Of a DNA stretch of 64,000 nucleotides, positions 37,759 to 49,000 are shown piece by piece (within the stretch, counting starts at the first letter, position 1; each line of letters starts with the position of its first letter). The notes below the pieces were generated by a model that worked only from the letters and a program-made list of their open reading frames with translations, was not told the origin of the DNA and made no database searches. Position numbers and translations under genes: made by a program. Source of the stretch: an uncultured Citrobacter sp. (GTDB lineage Bacteria; Bacteroidota; Bacteroidia; Chitinophagales; Chitinophagaceae). The DNA is taken from NCBI GenBank assembly GCA_964395095.1, contig CAYMZZ010000003.1, positions 195,601 to 259,600 of the forward strand. The letters run 5' to 3'.

Positions 37759-39030
37759 TCAGTAACCATATTTCGCCTTCCATAAATTTTTCAGATAGCG
37801 CCGCAGTTCGTCTTCGCGCGGGTTCTGCCCCGGATCGTAGAAGCGCGTGCCGGAGAGCTTTTCAGGGAGGTACTCCTGCGCGCTGAAATTTTGGGCATAG
37901 TCATGGGAATACGCATAATCCTTCCCATAGCCCAGGTCCTTCATGAGTTTAACCGGCGCGTTACGCAAGTGCAGGGGTATCGGAAGATCGCCATATTGCT
38001 GCACGGCGGCCATGGCTTTGTTGATGGCTACATAGGAGGCATTGCTCTTGGCTGAAGCAGCGAGATAAACCGCGCATTGCGATAGGATGATACGTGCTTC
38101 GGGCGGACCGATCTTGTGCACGGCCTCAAAGCAGCTATTGGCCATCACCAGCGCGGTGGGGTTGGCGTTGCCAATATCTTCGCTGGCAAGGATCACCAGC
38201 CGGCGCGCAATGAATTTAATATCTTCACCACCTTCCAGCATACGTGCCAGCCAGTAAACCGCCGCGTTGGGGTCGCTGCCACGTACGGATTTAATGAATG
38301 CGGATATGATATCGTAATGTTGCTCGCCCGACTTGTCGTATAAAGCAATCTTTTTCTGGGCCGTTTCCTGCACGATTGTGTTGGTGATGCGAACCGTATG
38401 CCCGGCATCCTCAGAAGGGGCAAGGGATTGTACCACGATCTCCAGTAAGTTGAGCAGCTTGCGGGCATCGCCTCCGGAGAGGCGGATCAGGGCGTCGGTT
38501 TCGGCCAGATCCACTTTGTATTGCCGCATCGCTTCGTCTTCGGCCAATGCCTTCTTCAGCAGGGCCACCAGGTCCTTTTCTTCGAGGGCCCGGAGTACAT
38601 ATACCTGGCAGCGGCTCAGCAGGGCCGCATTCACTTCAAAGCCGGGGTTCTCCGTGGTTGCGCCAACCAGGGTGATGATGCCTTTTTCAACCGCCCCCAG
38701 CAATGCATCCTGCTGACCTTTGTTGAAGCGATGAATTTCGTCGATAAATAAGATAGCTCCGGGTTCCTCTTTTGCCCTTTCTATAACTTCCCGAATATCC
38801 TTTACACCGGCATTGATGGCGCTGAGGGAAAAGTAGGGGCGTTGCAGACTTTGGGAGAGCACATGGGCGAGACTGGTTTTACCGGTGCCCGGCGGTCCCC
38901 AAAAAATCATCGAGGGAATGCGTCCCTGGGCGATTGCCTTACGCAAGAGACTGCCCTCGCCCGTGAGCTGGGGCTGGCCAATGATATCATTGAGATGGCG
39001 GGGGCGCATGCGTTCGGCAAGTGGAACCAT
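37759..39030 (-). CDS. rarA: replication-associated recombination protein A (AAA ATPase MgsA)
   Basis: LAERMRP...FWGPPGTGKTSLA, Walker B LFIDEIHRFNKGQQDALL, and the MgsA C-terminal domain YDIISAFIKSVRGSDPNAAVYWLARML. Confidence 0.9.
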   Translation of the reverse strand: MVPLAERMRPRHLNDIIGQPQLTGEGSLLRKAIAQGRIPSMIFWGPPGTGKTSLAHVLSQSLQRPYFSLSAINAGVKDIREVIERAKEEPGAILFIDEIHRFNKGQQDALLGAVEKGIITLVGATTENPGFEVNAALLSRCQVYVLRALEEKDLVALLKKALAEDEAMRQYKVDLAETDALIRLSGGDARKLLNLLEIVVQSLAPSEDAGHTVRITNTIVQETAQKKIALYDKSGEQHYDIISAFIKSVRGSDPNAAVYWLARMLEGGEDIKFIARRLVILASEDIGNANPTALVMANSCFEAVHKIGPPEARIILSQCAVYLAASAKSNASYVAINKAMAAVQQYGDLPIPLHLRNAPVKLMKDLGYGKDYAYSHDYAQNFSAQEYLPEKLSGTRFYDPGQNPREDELRRYLKNLWKAKYGY

Positions 39031-39035
39031 AGGGA

Positions 39036-39140
39036 GAATTTGTTTATTTGTGAATTTGAGGATTTGTGGTTTTGTTTATCATCACAAATTAACAAATTCC
39101 CAAATCCTCAAATTTCCAAATCCCCAAATTCACAAATTCG
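39036..39140. repeat. inverted 8-nt word element (GAATTTG words) in a divergent intergenic region
   Basis: gaatttgtttatttgtgaatttgaggatttgtggttttg ... caaattaacaaattcccaaatcctcaaatttccaaatccccaaattcacaaattc. Confidence 0.8.
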
Positions 39141-39201
39141 GAAATCTGCATTTCTCGCTTCCTTTCAGTATTTTGCCCACTTGTAAAACCCGATCTCGCT
39201 G

Positions 39202-40569
39202 ATGATGGTACGATGGATATTTCTGATGGCTTTGGGATGGATGCCCTGCTTTAGCGGGCAGGCGCAGATTATTACCGCGGAAGAGAATTATGCGCGCAAT
39301 GCGCCGGGTGTGGTGATGGTGCAAACGGTATTTACCGCCACGGTCTATGTAAATAAAGTTGATATCAACCAGCCCCGTTTCGAGCGGCTGGTAGATTCGG
39401 TGAAACGGTTGGATTTGACGGGTAATATTCTTTCCGCCGAAGACAAGCTTGATATACTGGTGAGGGCGCTTTCCAACAGTCCCAACCGCTACTTTACCGC
39501 TACTGCGGAATATTTGAGCCAGAGCCATCGCATCATTGCTTCCGGCACCGGATTTTTTGTAACGGAAGATGGCTTTATCGTAACCAATTCGCATATACTG
39601 GATCGCGACAGCTCCTTTATTCGAAGCCGGTTTATCCAGACCACTTACCAGGATGTAACCGATGCGCATATCCGCGCGCTGGAAGAAAGCTGGGAAATGA
39701 TGTTGACGGATGAGCAACGCGCGCTGCTCAACAATGCCTATGCTGTCATTTATTCGCAGGTATCATCGATGCTTTTGTTCGATTTGCGTAAGGAGATCTT
39801 TGTGCAGTTTCGTCTCGACAAAGGATCGGATCGTGTTCATACAAGGCGACTTCCAGCCCGCCTGGTTATTAAAGGTGCCGCCATGCCGGGTAAGGATATC
39901 GCCATTCTGAAAATTGAAAACGTGCGGCAGATGCCTACGCTCGCGCTGAGCCAGGATTCCCTGGTGCGGATTGGCGAGCCCGTGCTGGTATATGGTTACC
40001 CCGAACCCGTGACCTCTAACTTTTACCTGGCACGCGAAACCAGCCTGGAACCCTCCCTTACGGCCGGTGTGGTCAGCGCCATCAAAAGGTCCATTTCAGG
40101 TTGGCCTGTTATACAGATGGATGCCGTGATCACGCATGGCAGCAGCGGAAGCCCGGTCTGCAATAACCGGGGACAGGTGATCGGTATCGCCACATTTGGT
40201 AGCATCGACAGGAAAGCGAGCAGCCTGGCCAGTGGATTTAATTTCTCACTGCCGGCCTTTATGATTCGCAACTTTCTCGATTCGGCGGGTATAAAAACAG
40301 CCATGAGTGATGCTACCCGATCATTCAACCGCGGACTCGGTTATTTTTATAATGGATATTATAACAAAGCCATCAGGCGATTTGAAGTGGTGGAACGACT
40401 GAATCCGCATTATCCGGAGTTGCGTTACTATTTACAATCCTGTCATGCCCGTATTGATGCCGGTAAAGATCGTGAAGCCATCAGCCGCCAATCCATGTTT
40501 CGGATACTGGCCCTGCTCCTGCTCGGTGGCGGCTTGTTTATTTTCTACCGATGGAAAAGGGGAGAATAG
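39202..40569 (+). CDS. trypsin-like (S1C) serine peptidase with TPR-like segment and C-terminal TM anchor
   Basis: Signal peptide; His block GTGFFVTEDGFIVTNSHIL; Asp block GKDIAILKI; Ser block THGSSGSPVCNNRGQVIGI; C-terminal helix ILALLLLGGGLFIFY. Confidence 0.75.
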   Translation: MMVRWIFLMALGWMPCFSGQAQIITAEENYARNAPGVVMVQTVFTATVYVNKVDINQPRFERLVDSVKRLDLTGNILSAEDKLDILVRALSNSPNRYFTATAEYLSQSHRIIASGTGFFVTEDGFIVTNSHILDRDSSFIRSRFIQTTYQDVTDAHIRALEESWEMMLTDEQRALLNNAYAVIYSQVSSMLLFDLRKEIFVQFRLDKGSDRVHTRRLPARLVIKGAAMPGKDIAILKIENVRQMPTLALSQDSLVRIGEPVLVYGYPEPVTSNFYLARETSLEPSLTAGVVSAIKRSISGWPVIQMDAVITHGSSGSPVCNNRGQVIGIATFGSIDRKASSLASGFNFSLPAFMIRNFLDSAGIKTAMSDATRSFNRGLGYFYNGYYNKAIRRFEVVERLNPHYPELRYYLQSCHARIDAGKDREAISRQSMFRILALLLLGGGLFIFYRWKRGE

Positions 40570-40575
40570 TAGCGT

Positions 40576-41064
40576 TTAGACCCTTTCTTCAAACTCAAAT
40601 TTTTTCGATTGGAAATTACGGTAGAGTTCCAGCCTTAATACATAAAGCCCGTACAGGATAATGAACTGCGCCAGCAGGGCGAATATGGCCAGGCAGAATG
40701 AATAGAGGAATGAAAAAGGAAGTTGGTGCCAGGCCATTTGAATGGCTTCTGCCCAGGAATTGAGTTGTTTCCATTCGCTGAATACCCGGGCAAATAAAAA
40801 GGCAACGGCCAGTATGTTCAGCAGGTATAGCCGGTTGAAAACGGTTTTTAATTTGCCCTCCACTGGCGCCGCCGGATAATTTCGGTTAATCAAATTTACA
40901 CCCAGTGTTGCCAGCGACATGATCATGATCCAGACCAACATAAAAAGCAGGGCGAAAAATGAGCCCTGGTTAAAGAACCAAACCATGCCCGATAACGAAT
41001 AAAACATCCCGCAGGCAATCTGCAGAAAGCAAAGCAGGCGGAAGAGTTGCCATTTGAGGGGCAT
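40576..41064 (-). CDS. integral membrane protein (hypothetical)
   Basis: 162 aa with four hydrophobic helices. I recognise no motif. Confidence 0.5.
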   Translation of the reverse strand: MPLKWQLFRLLCFLQIACGMFYSLSGMVWFFNQGSFFALLFMLVWIMIMSLATLGVNLINRNYPAAPVEGKLKTVFNRLYLLNILAVAFLFARVFSEWKQLNSWAEAIQMAWHQLPFSFLYSFCLAIFALLAQFIILYGLYVLRLELYRNFQSKKFEFEERV

Positions 41065-41097
41065 GGGAGGGAATTTGTTGATTTGTTGATTTGTTGA

Positions 41098-41180
41098 GGG
41101 TTTAAAGTTTAGAGTTTAAGGTTTAATGTTTAATTGATGTTCATTAATCCTTAAACTCTAAACCCTAAACTTTAAACCCA
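41098..41180. repeat. hairpin of GTTTAAG-type words
   Basis: gggtttaaagtttagagtttaaggtttaatgtttaat / attaatccttaaactctaaaccctaaactttaaaccc. Confidence 0.8.
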
Positions 41181-41230
41181 AAACCATGTCACGCTATCAG
41201 AAAGTCGACACTTTTATCCGGTAATAATTT

Positions 41231-41337
41231 ATCTGCGTTGATCTGCGAAAAAAAATCTGCGCAAATCAGCGGGAAATCATACCTGAACGCTGAATCTGTT
41301 TAAAGTGATGAAGTATTTCCCGCAGATTATCGCAGAT
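41231..41337. repeat. ATCTGCG-word palindromic element (same family as 15497..15622, opposite orientation)
   Basis: The arms are atctgcg..atctgcg..atctgcg..gcgggaaat and atttcccgcagat..cgcagat. The core shares cactttaa...ttcagg with the 15.5-kb copy when reverse-complemented. Confidence 0.75.
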
Positions 41338-41401
41338 TTTTTCTTACATCAATGTTAAACTCCCAGCCTTACCATCAACTTTAAACGCTAAACCTTAAAC
41401 T

Positions 41402-43228
41402 CTAAACTTTCTTCAAAACAATCGCCAATTCATCCAACTGCGCTTCATCAATACTGGCCGGGGCATCGAGCATTACATCGCGGCCGCTGTTGTTTTTGGG
41501 GAAAGCTATAAAGTCGCGGATGCTTTCGCTGCCACCCAGGATGGCGCAAAGCCGGTCGAATCCGAAGGCGATACCACCATGAGGAGGTGCGCCGTACTCA
41601 AAAGCACCCAGCAGAAATCCGAACTTATGCTGTTGTTCTTCCGCATTCATGCCGAGTGCGGCAAACATTTTTTCCTGCAATTCGCGCTGATAGATACGGA
41701 TACTGCCGCCGCCGATTTCATTTCCATTCAACACCATATCGTAGGCATTGGCCTTGATGGAAGCATAGGGATGCTCGAGGTAGCGGGCCGCATCGGTTAT
41801 TTGCGGATCGTTGCCAATCATGGCCGGTATATCCGAAGGCTTGGGCGAGGTAAAGGGGTGGTGCCGGGCTACCCAGCGGTTGCCTTCCTCATCGTATTCA
41901 AACAAGGGGAAATCGAGCACCCAGAGTAGTTTGAATTCGTTTTCTCGACGGAGCCCCAATCTTTTTCCCATTTCGAGGCGCAGCTCACTCATGGCTTTGC
42001 GGGTGCGTTCTTCAGCGCCGGCCAGCAGGAGTACCAGGTCGCCGGGTTGTGCACCTGCCGCCTGGGCAATGGCTTTCAGTCTTTCCTCGGGGTAGAATTT
42101 ATCTACACTGCTTTTGCAGCTTCCATCGGCATTTACCTTAATAAACACCAGCCCCTTCATGCCTATTTGCGGACGCTTTACCCATTCGGTAAGCTCGTCG
42201 GTTTGCTTGCGGGTATATTCACTGCAACCGGGTACGGCAATGGCCAAAACGGTTTCGGCGTTGTCGAATACAACAAACCCTGCATCGTTGATCAATGCGG
42301 CATTATCACTCCGCTCTCTGAATACGTGATGGGGCTTTTTCAGGTTGAGCAGGGGCATGCCAAAGCGAATATCCGGCTTATCGTTGCCATAGGTCCACAT
42401 CGCATCTTCCCAGGTCATGCGGGCGATTTGTTCGGTATAATCGATATTCCTGACCGCTTTAAAAATATGGCGCACCATCCCCTCAAACATCTGCAATATA
42501 TCTTCCTGCTCCACAAATGCCATTTCGCAGTCGATTTGGGTAAACTCGGGCTGACGATCGGCCCGCAGGTCCTCATCGCGAAAACACTTTACGACCTGGT
42601 AATAGCGATCGTAACCACTCACCATCAGCAATTGCTTAAAAGTCTGTGGGCTCTGGGGCAGGGCATAAAACTGACCGGGGTTCATCCGGGAGGGCACTAC
42701 AAAGTCGCGCGCGCCTTCAGGGGTTGACTTGATAAGAAAGGGCGTTTCTATGTCCATAAATCCCTGTTCGTGCAGGTAATTGCGGGCGGCACGGTTCACG
42801 GCATAGCGCAGTTCCAGGTTTTTTTTCACCGCATTACGGCGCAGATCCAAAAAGCGGTACTTCATCCGCAGGTCATCGCCCCCATCAGTATCGTCCTGTA
42901 TGGTGAAAGGGGGCACGGCCGATTTGTTGAGAATTTTGAATTCCGAAACGGTGATCTCAATTTCACCGGTGGCCAGTTGTGGGTTTTTGTTGGTACGCTC
43001 GGTGACGGTGCCCTGGGCCTGCAGCACAAATTCACGGCCTAAGGGGTTGGTTTCCAGGGCAGCGTTCAGTTCTTCCCGAAAATAAAGCTGGGTAATGCCA
43101 TAGCGGTCGCGCAGGTCCACAAAGGTAATGGCACCAAACTTGCGCACGGTTTGTACCCAACCGGCCAGGGTTACTTGCTTATTTACATCAGAAAGGCGTA
43201 ATTCGCCACAGGTATGCGTCCGAAACAT
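41402..43228 (-). CDS. aspS: aspartate--tRNA ligase
   Basis: 608 aa with an OB-fold N-terminus, class II motifs [18 protein letters not shown] and GGGSIRI, and the C-terminal GIAFGFDRL. Confidence 0.95.
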   Translation of the reverse strand: MFRTHTCGELRLSDVNKQVTLAGWVQTVRKFGAITFVDLRDRYGITQLYFREELNAALETNPLGREFVLQAQGTVTERTNKNPQLATGEIEITVSEFKILNKSAVPPFTIQDDTDGGDDLRMKYRFLDLRRNAVKKNLELRYAVNRAARNYLHEQGFMDIETPFLIKSTPEGARDFVVPSRMNPGQFYALPQSPQTFKQLLMVSGYDRYYQVVKCFRDEDLRADRQPEFTQIDCEMAFVEQEDILQMFEGMVRHIFKAVRNIDYTEQIARMTWEDAMWTYGNDKPDIRFGMPLLNLKKPHHVFRERSDNAALINDAGFVVFDNAETVLAIAVPGCSEYTRKQTDELTEWVKRPQIGMKGLVFIKVNADGSCKSSVDKFYPEERLKAIAQAAGAQPGDLVLLLAGAEERTRKAMSELRLEMGKRLGLRRENEFKLLWVLDFPLFEYDEEGNRWVARHHPFTSPKPSDIPAMIGNDPQITDAARYLEHPYASIKANAYDMVLNGNEIGGGSIRIYQRELQEKMFAALGMNAEEQQHKFGFLLGAFEYGAPPHGGIAFGFDRLCAILGGSESIRDFIAFPKNNSGRDVMLDAPASIDEAQLDELAIVLKKV

Positions 43229-43251
43229 AGATTTTTGATATGAGGGGCAAA

Positions 43252-43983
43252 GATAAGTTGTAAGTTGTAAGTAGTAAGTTGTAAGTGGGGAAGGAGAGGC
43301 GTGAGTGGCTTTATCTAAGCCCCGAAGGGGCGTAATATATCAGGGCCGTCCGTAAGGGCGGCCATAACGTGAATCGTGAATCGTGAGGCGTGAGACGTGA
43401 GGCGTGAGACGTGAGGCGCGAATCGTGAGACGTGAGGCGCGAATCGTGAGGCGTGAGGCGTGGCATCCAAGCCCCGCAGGGGCGACATATCATAGGGCCG
43501 TCCGTAAGGGCGGCCACAACGCGAATCGTGAGACGTGAGGCGCGAATCGTGAGACGTGAGGCGTGGCATCCAAGCCCCGCAGGGGCGACATATCATAGGA
43601 CCGTCCGATAGGGCGGCCATAACGTGAATCGTGAATCGTGAATCGTGAGGCGTGAGGCGCGAATCGTGAGACGTCAGGCGTGGCATCCGAGCCCCGCAGG
43701 GGCGACATATCATAGGGCCGTCCGATAGGGCGGCCATAACGTGAATCGTGAATCGTGAATCGTGAGGCGTGAGACGTGAGACGTGAGGCGTGGCATCCGA
43801 GCCCCGCAGGGGCGACATATCATAGGACCGTCCGTAGGGCGGTCCTATGGAGGATAGCGTGAGTAGTGAGTAGTAAGTAGTAAGTGGTAAGTTGTAATTG
43901 GTGCAACTAACTATACTTTCAACCCTAAACTCTAAACCCAATACTTAAAACTTAGAACTTAAAACTTAAAACCTAAAACTTCC
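43252..43983. repeat. composite tandem array: five ~60-nt two-hairpin cores separated by CGTGAGG-type heptamer microsatellites, flanked by GTAAGT/CTTAAAA word arms
   Basis: The cores start near 43318, 43461, 43564, 43681 and 43791. The consensus is tggcatccRagccccgcaggggcgacatatcataggRccgtccgWaWagggcggccataacgtgaatcgtg. Core spacing is 103-152 bp. Confidence 0.9.
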
Positions 43984-44107
43984 AACCGCCACCTGATTGA
44001 TTCATAGCATTTTCGCTTGGCCAATCGTAGATTTACTAAGAGAGAATGCTATTCGGGGCTTGCATAATCTCCGATCCTTGTTTACATTTATACCCGAACC
44101 GTACGCT

Positions 44108-44890
44108 ATGCAATCATTTCTGCGAAAACTGAGCAGGTTTTTTGTGCAGGGCACAAACTCCGATGCGCCTCCAAAGCCAGGGGAAGTGCAGGTGGATAAT
44201 GCCACCTATGAGCGCTATGCTTATCTTGTCGGTAGTGTTTTTTCCTATTTTAATGATCTGCCTTCTTCTTCCAAACGTCGTTTTATTGAACGCGTTGCGA
44301 ATTTTCGCGCCCAAAAGGATTTTCATTTTATTGGCCTGGAGAACAAGGAGGAATATGAGGTACTGGTAAGCGCTTCGGCGGTGCAGGTCACTTTTGGTTT
44401 GAAGAATTACCTCCTCGCTTATTTTAAGGATATCTATATTCTTGCAGATGCCTATCACATGGAAAGTGACGATGAACTCTATATCGGGCACGTGGCACCG
44501 GATGGCATCTATCTTTCCTGGAAACATTTTCTCTACGGCTATTCCAACCGCAACGACAATATTAATGTGGCCGTGCACGAAATGGCGCATGCCTTATTGC
44601 ACAACAATTTCTTTGCGCAATACAATACCGATATGCATTTCCGGTTGAATTATGAAAAATTCAGCAGCAAAACGGGCCGCATATTTGCGGATGTAATTAC
44701 GAAGCGGCAAAGCTATCTGCGCAGCTACGCTTTCACCAATGTGCATGAGTTTTGGGCAGTGAGCGTTGAGGCATTTTTCGAAAATCCGGTTGGCCTGCGC
44801 GACAATATGCCCGATCTCTACGATGCCCTTTGCCGGGTACTGAACCAGGATCCTTCCACCCCCCATAAACTATTCAAATCCGAACCATGA
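44108..44890 (+). CDS. zinc-dependent peptidase, MtfA-like (M90 family)
   Basis: HEMAHALLH zinc motif and downstream EFWAVSVEAFFENP, typical of MtfA. The ATG at 44108 (MQSFLRKL) is preferred over the TTG at 43997. Confidence 0.7.
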   Translation: MQSFLRKLSRFFVQGTNSDAPPKPGEVQVDNATYERYAYLVGSVFSYFNDLPSSSKRRFIERVANFRAQKDFHFIGLENKEEYEVLVSASAVQVTFGLKNYLLAYFKDIYILADAYHMESDDELYIGHVAPDGIYLSWKHFLYGYSNRNDNINVAVHEMAHALLHNNFFAQYNTDMHFRLNYEKFSSKTGRIFADVITKRQSYLRSYAFTNVHEFWAVSVEAFFENPVGLRDNMPDLYDALCRVLNQDPSTPHKLFKSEP

Positions 44891-44964
44891 TCACCCTTTT
44901 CCTCATTTACCAGTGCCGAAAAATGATTCGTAAGTATCGTCGTCAACGTCTGGCAATAGCCTGA

Positions 44965-46026
44965 TCAGTTTTGAGATAGTATTCTACGGAATCTTTGCAC
45001 ATCCGCTTCCGGGCTGATGCTTTTTCCGTCTAGTAAATATTCGGTCAGCTCCCGCGCGAAAAAAGGCGCCAGCGAACATCCCTTGGTACCCATGCCGTTG
45101 AAAATACCCACGGAGGGATGAAGCGGATGCAACCCGACAAAAGGCCTTCGCTCCAAAGTGGCAGGTCGCAAGCCCGCCCGCTGATCCTCGATCGTCCAGC
45201 CACAGCGCAGCCAGTTCTTTAATGCGGATTCCGCTTTCTCCCGAAATTCCTGCGTTGGATGCAAATGTTCAAACTCCCATTCGTAGCTGGCCCCCAGCCA
45301 AAACATTTCTTTTTCCGGTAAGGGCACCAGCAGCATTGACTTCTTATAAATGCGTTGATCGGGCAGATCAGGAATACGCAGGATCAATGCCTGGCCCTTA
45401 TTGCGCGAAAAGGGCAGGCGCTGAAACCAGGGATTCTCCATACCCGCGGGGCCATCGCAGAAAATGATCTTTTGGGCTGTGATGTCGTTATAAACAATAT
45501 GGTCGGCTTCCACACGCAAACTGCCTATCGCAAAGAAATCCTTACGCAGCATTTGCCGGCTCTGGAGATAGCTTTGCCAGGCCGGTATCAGCCAGTCGAG
45601 ATGCGCGGTATACACTGGTTTTATTTCGCCATAGCCAAATTCCAGTTGCATCCATTTTTCCCATTCGGGCGCATTGTTTCCGAAGCTTACATAGGGATCC
45701 GCTGTCGCTATTTTTTCTTCATAGGAAGCGCGCATAAAAGGGTTGGGAAAAATGTCAACAATATCTTTTCGGGAAAAAGCTTCTCCCTGCAAACGCGCGC
45801 CAATAGCGCCATAGGCTTCTGGTACAAAGCCGAGTATTTCATTGGCCCGCCACACGGTGCTCAGGCGGCGACCGGTTACCGGATTCATGACGCCCGCGGC
45901 CACACGGCTGGGACTATGGCTTTGGGGTTCATCTATTACCAAAACCGATGCGCCCTTTTCCAGCAGGAAAAAAGACAGGAAGGTTCCCGATATACCCTGC
46001 CCTATAATAAGGTAGTCCACATCCAT
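44965..46026 (-). CDS. FAD-dependent oxidoreductase (DAO family)
   Basis: N-terminal dinucleotide fold DYLIIGQGISGTFLSFFLLEKGASVLVIDE, 353 aa. Confidence 0.8.
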   Translation of the reverse strand: MDVDYLIIGQGISGTFLSFFLLEKGASVLVIDEPQSHSPSRVAAGVMNPVTGRRLSTVWRANEILGFVPEAYGAIGARLQGEAFSRKDIVDIFPNPFMRASYEEKIATADPYVSFGNNAPEWEKWMQLEFGYGEIKPVYTAHLDWLIPAWQSYLQSRQMLRKDFFAIGSLRVEADHIVYNDITAQKIIFCDGPAGMENPWFQRLPFSRNKGQALILRIPDLPDQRIYKKSMLLVPLPEKEMFWLGASYEWEFEHLHPTQEFREKAESALKNWLRCGWTIEDQRAGLRPATLERRPFVGLHPLHPSVGIFNGMGTKGCSLAPFFARELTEYLLDGKSISPEADVQRFRRILSQN

Positions 46027-46055
46027 GCTGCAAAATAAACAGGTAATGGCATAAA

Positions 46056-49000
46056 TTATTGGGCATTAATCCTTACTCTTATGCCTTCACTATGCGCGCG
46101 AAACTCCGGCGCATACATGCACTCAATGCTCGTAATGCCATTGGTGAAATCGCCGGCATGGCTGGCAAAAAGGCTGTACTCAAAAACATAAGTGCCCCTG
46201 CGCAGGTGCTGGAAGAAGAAATGTGTGGCCGCGTCGCGGGTACTTTCATAATAGCCCAGGCCGCCCTGCCATTTGTAGCCACTCATCACATTCACCGGTT
46301 CCATGCCCGCCGCCCGCAGGTCTTTCATGTGCAGGTATTCCATTTCACGATCCGCTTTGAGGATGATGCGTACAACCACCTTATCGCCTACTTCGAGGTA
46401 AGCGCCCTCCTGTAGCTCTTCCAACACGGGCCCGGCATCGGTATTTTTTTGCACATAGAGTTTTTTCTCCAGTTGCAGCGGTGTGGCCGATGGGCTGATC
46501 TTATCCATGTCTTCAAAATACTGCCAGTACACGGCACCCCAACTGCTGGCAGGCGCGCTGCCCGCAGGTTGTTTCACTTCGAGGGCGATAGCGCCCATTT
46601 CGGGTTTTATTTCTTCCGCTTCCAGGCTTTGTTTGAAATAGCCGGTTCCTTCCTCTGTTGTAGTTGTTGTACTCGACATTTCTGTACTTCCCAGCCTTAT
46701 CGTCACCTGCGCGCTCGCATCCTGCCAGGCGTTTTGCTGCAAAAGCAGGGCATAGCAGGCTTCGGCCGTGGCTTTGGTACTTTCCCAGCGGTTGGTCTGT
46801 TTGTTTTTCAGCAGCCAGGTTCGGAATTCATCGGCAGTTTTTGAATCATTATTGATTTCCAAAAAGGCTTCCACCATCAGGGCCTGTCTTTCAAGGGGGG
46901 CTTCATACCACCACCAGCTACGGGTGGCGCTTTTGTGATAGCGGCCCAGTTCTTCGCTGTATACGGTGGTTTCTTTCAGCGATTTCAGGATGTTTTTAGC
47001 AACAACCGAGTTTCCGCTTCGGTGCAGGCTGAGGGCGATCATGGCCTGTTGGTACTTACCCGTTTTTAGCCAGCTCTGCGACAGACGGCCACGGAAATAA
47101 TCAACGGCTTTCTGCGCTACGGCTGTTATTTTTTCCGCTGGGAAAAAGCTGCGCAGGTAGAAGTATTGCACCTGTGTTGAATTCAGGGTATATTTTTTCA
47201 GATCCGTTTTCTGCTTCAGGAGTTGCTGATGGTCCTCCTGCATTTGCCGGTCGAGCCAGCCCAGGCCGCTCCTCAGTATCGCCATCCATTCATTTTCCTG
47301 CATGGCAGGCAGGGCTTTCAGTTTTTGCAAATGCCCGATCCCGGAAAGAATATACTGCGTGATGTAGCGGTTATCGGGTCCACCCTTGAACCAGGGGAAT
47401 GCTCCACTGGGGTTTTGCATTTCCTTCAGTTTGGCGAGGGTGCCGCGCAGTTCGCTTTGCAGTGCCTGCTGATCAAACAGCCGGGCGATATTTTCCTTTT
47501 GTGCTGTTTCCGATTGCGCTTCCAGCACCCAGGGTGTTTCTTCCAGCAAAATATTTTTCAGCTCCTGGTTTTTCTGCAGGTTGCTGATCAGCGCCGCCGT
47601 ATCCTTTTCTTTCCATTTTTCAAATACGGCGCGGATCCGGGGCGAACTGTTCGCTATATGTGCAGCCAAAGCGTTGGCAAAGTAGCGGTTCCAGTTTTGT
47701 TCGGCGCATTCGTAAGGGAATTCCATCAGGTAGGGTAGCGCCTGCACCACATACCAAATAGGGTTGCTGCTATACTCCACAGTCAGCCTTTGCGACTGCA
47801 GGGTGGGGGAATTGCCCGATTCTTTTAGTTTGTCGAAGCTGAATGTTTTATTGCCATTACCCTTCATTTGCAGGGGCAGCGATTCAGTCACCAGCATCCG
47901 GTTGCTCAATACCGGCAGGTTGGCTTCTTCGCCATCGCTATGCTTGTCGGCAACAGCAATCATGCGCCAGGTAATGGGCTGGGTAAACTGAAAGGGTACC
48001 TGCAATTGAAAACTCACCGAAGCGCTTTGCTGCGCCGCGGCTGTGAAATACTGCCGGGGCACCACTATGCGGAAGCGACTGTCGAGCGGCTTGTTAGTAG
48101 CTGCATCCAGCAATTCCAAACGCACTTCGCCGGTTAATTCCTTCTCCGTCAGGTTCACCAGTTTGGCGCTGAATTCCATTTGATCACCTTCGCGGAGGAA
48201 GCGGGGCGGATTGGGTTGCAGCATCAGTTCTTTCTGCGTTACCATCTCCCGGCTGCTATAGCCGAGAGCGAGCTCCTTGCTATGCGCCAGTGCCTGAAAT
48301 TTCCAGCGTGTGAGCGCTTCGGGCATGGTAAAGGAAAATTCCACCGCACCTGTGCTATCGGTACGCAAATCGGGAAAGAAGAAGGCGGTTTCGTTGAAAT
48401 TTTTTCGGGGTGCAGGAGATTGTTCCTTTTTACCTGGCGCAATAACAGCATCCCTCAATACTTCAACCGATGGAATTATTTGAAATTTGTCAATTTTAGT
48501 AGGGTCGTTTAGATTATAAACTGGCAAGGTATCTATCGTGATACTAGCGGAACCTAGATCATAGGCTAGTGGCATTCGACGTCCAGATTTAGTCGCTAGT
48601 CCTTGCAGTTCTTGCGGCCACAGCAGTGATCCAATTAAATGTTCAAGTCGGTCGTATTCTTTGATAAATGTATAATCATATTGCCCGGGTTCTCTCCAGA
48701 CATTGGTGATTGGGTTTGCTCTGAAATTCTCACCTTTCCAGCTATGCCGATTGAAATAATTGGGATAAATCGATGGCTTTCTCCAGGCATGCGGATAAAA
48801 CTGGTCCAGCGATGCATCGTACATGCTGGCCAGCACTTCGGTCGCCACCTTGTCCTTTTTGGCGCCGCTGATGCGGATGGTCCAGGTTTCGGCGCTGCCG
48901 GGCAGGGTCTTATCGCGCCAGCTCAGGTATTCCACGTTCAGGTCTTTGTTGCTCCAGGGAACAACCATCGTTTCGTTGTGCTGATAAAAGCGATTGTCTT

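Noticed and set aside
39130-39717. 195-aa minus-strand ORF
   Set aside because: It overlaps the word-repeat element and the 5' half of the S1 peptidase gene in antisense, and has no motifs.
43309-43856. CRISPR array (regular repeats with intervening sequences)
   Set aside because: The intervening segments are low-complexity heptamer microsatellites, not unique spacers. The conserved units are ~60-70 nt, longer than CRISPR repeats, with variable spacing of 103-152 bp. No cas genes or leader are present in the window.
43315-43941. 208-aa minus-strand ORF (plus two shorter ones) spanning the tandem array, with repetitive peptide ...SRLTPHDSRFTIHVMAAL...
   Set aside because: The ORF is open only because the complement of the CGTGAGG-type words (CCTCACG) contains no stop in any frame. 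The peptide periodicity simply mirrors the DNA repeat. There is no signal, no start context and no family resemblance, so it is treated as a by-product of the repeat.
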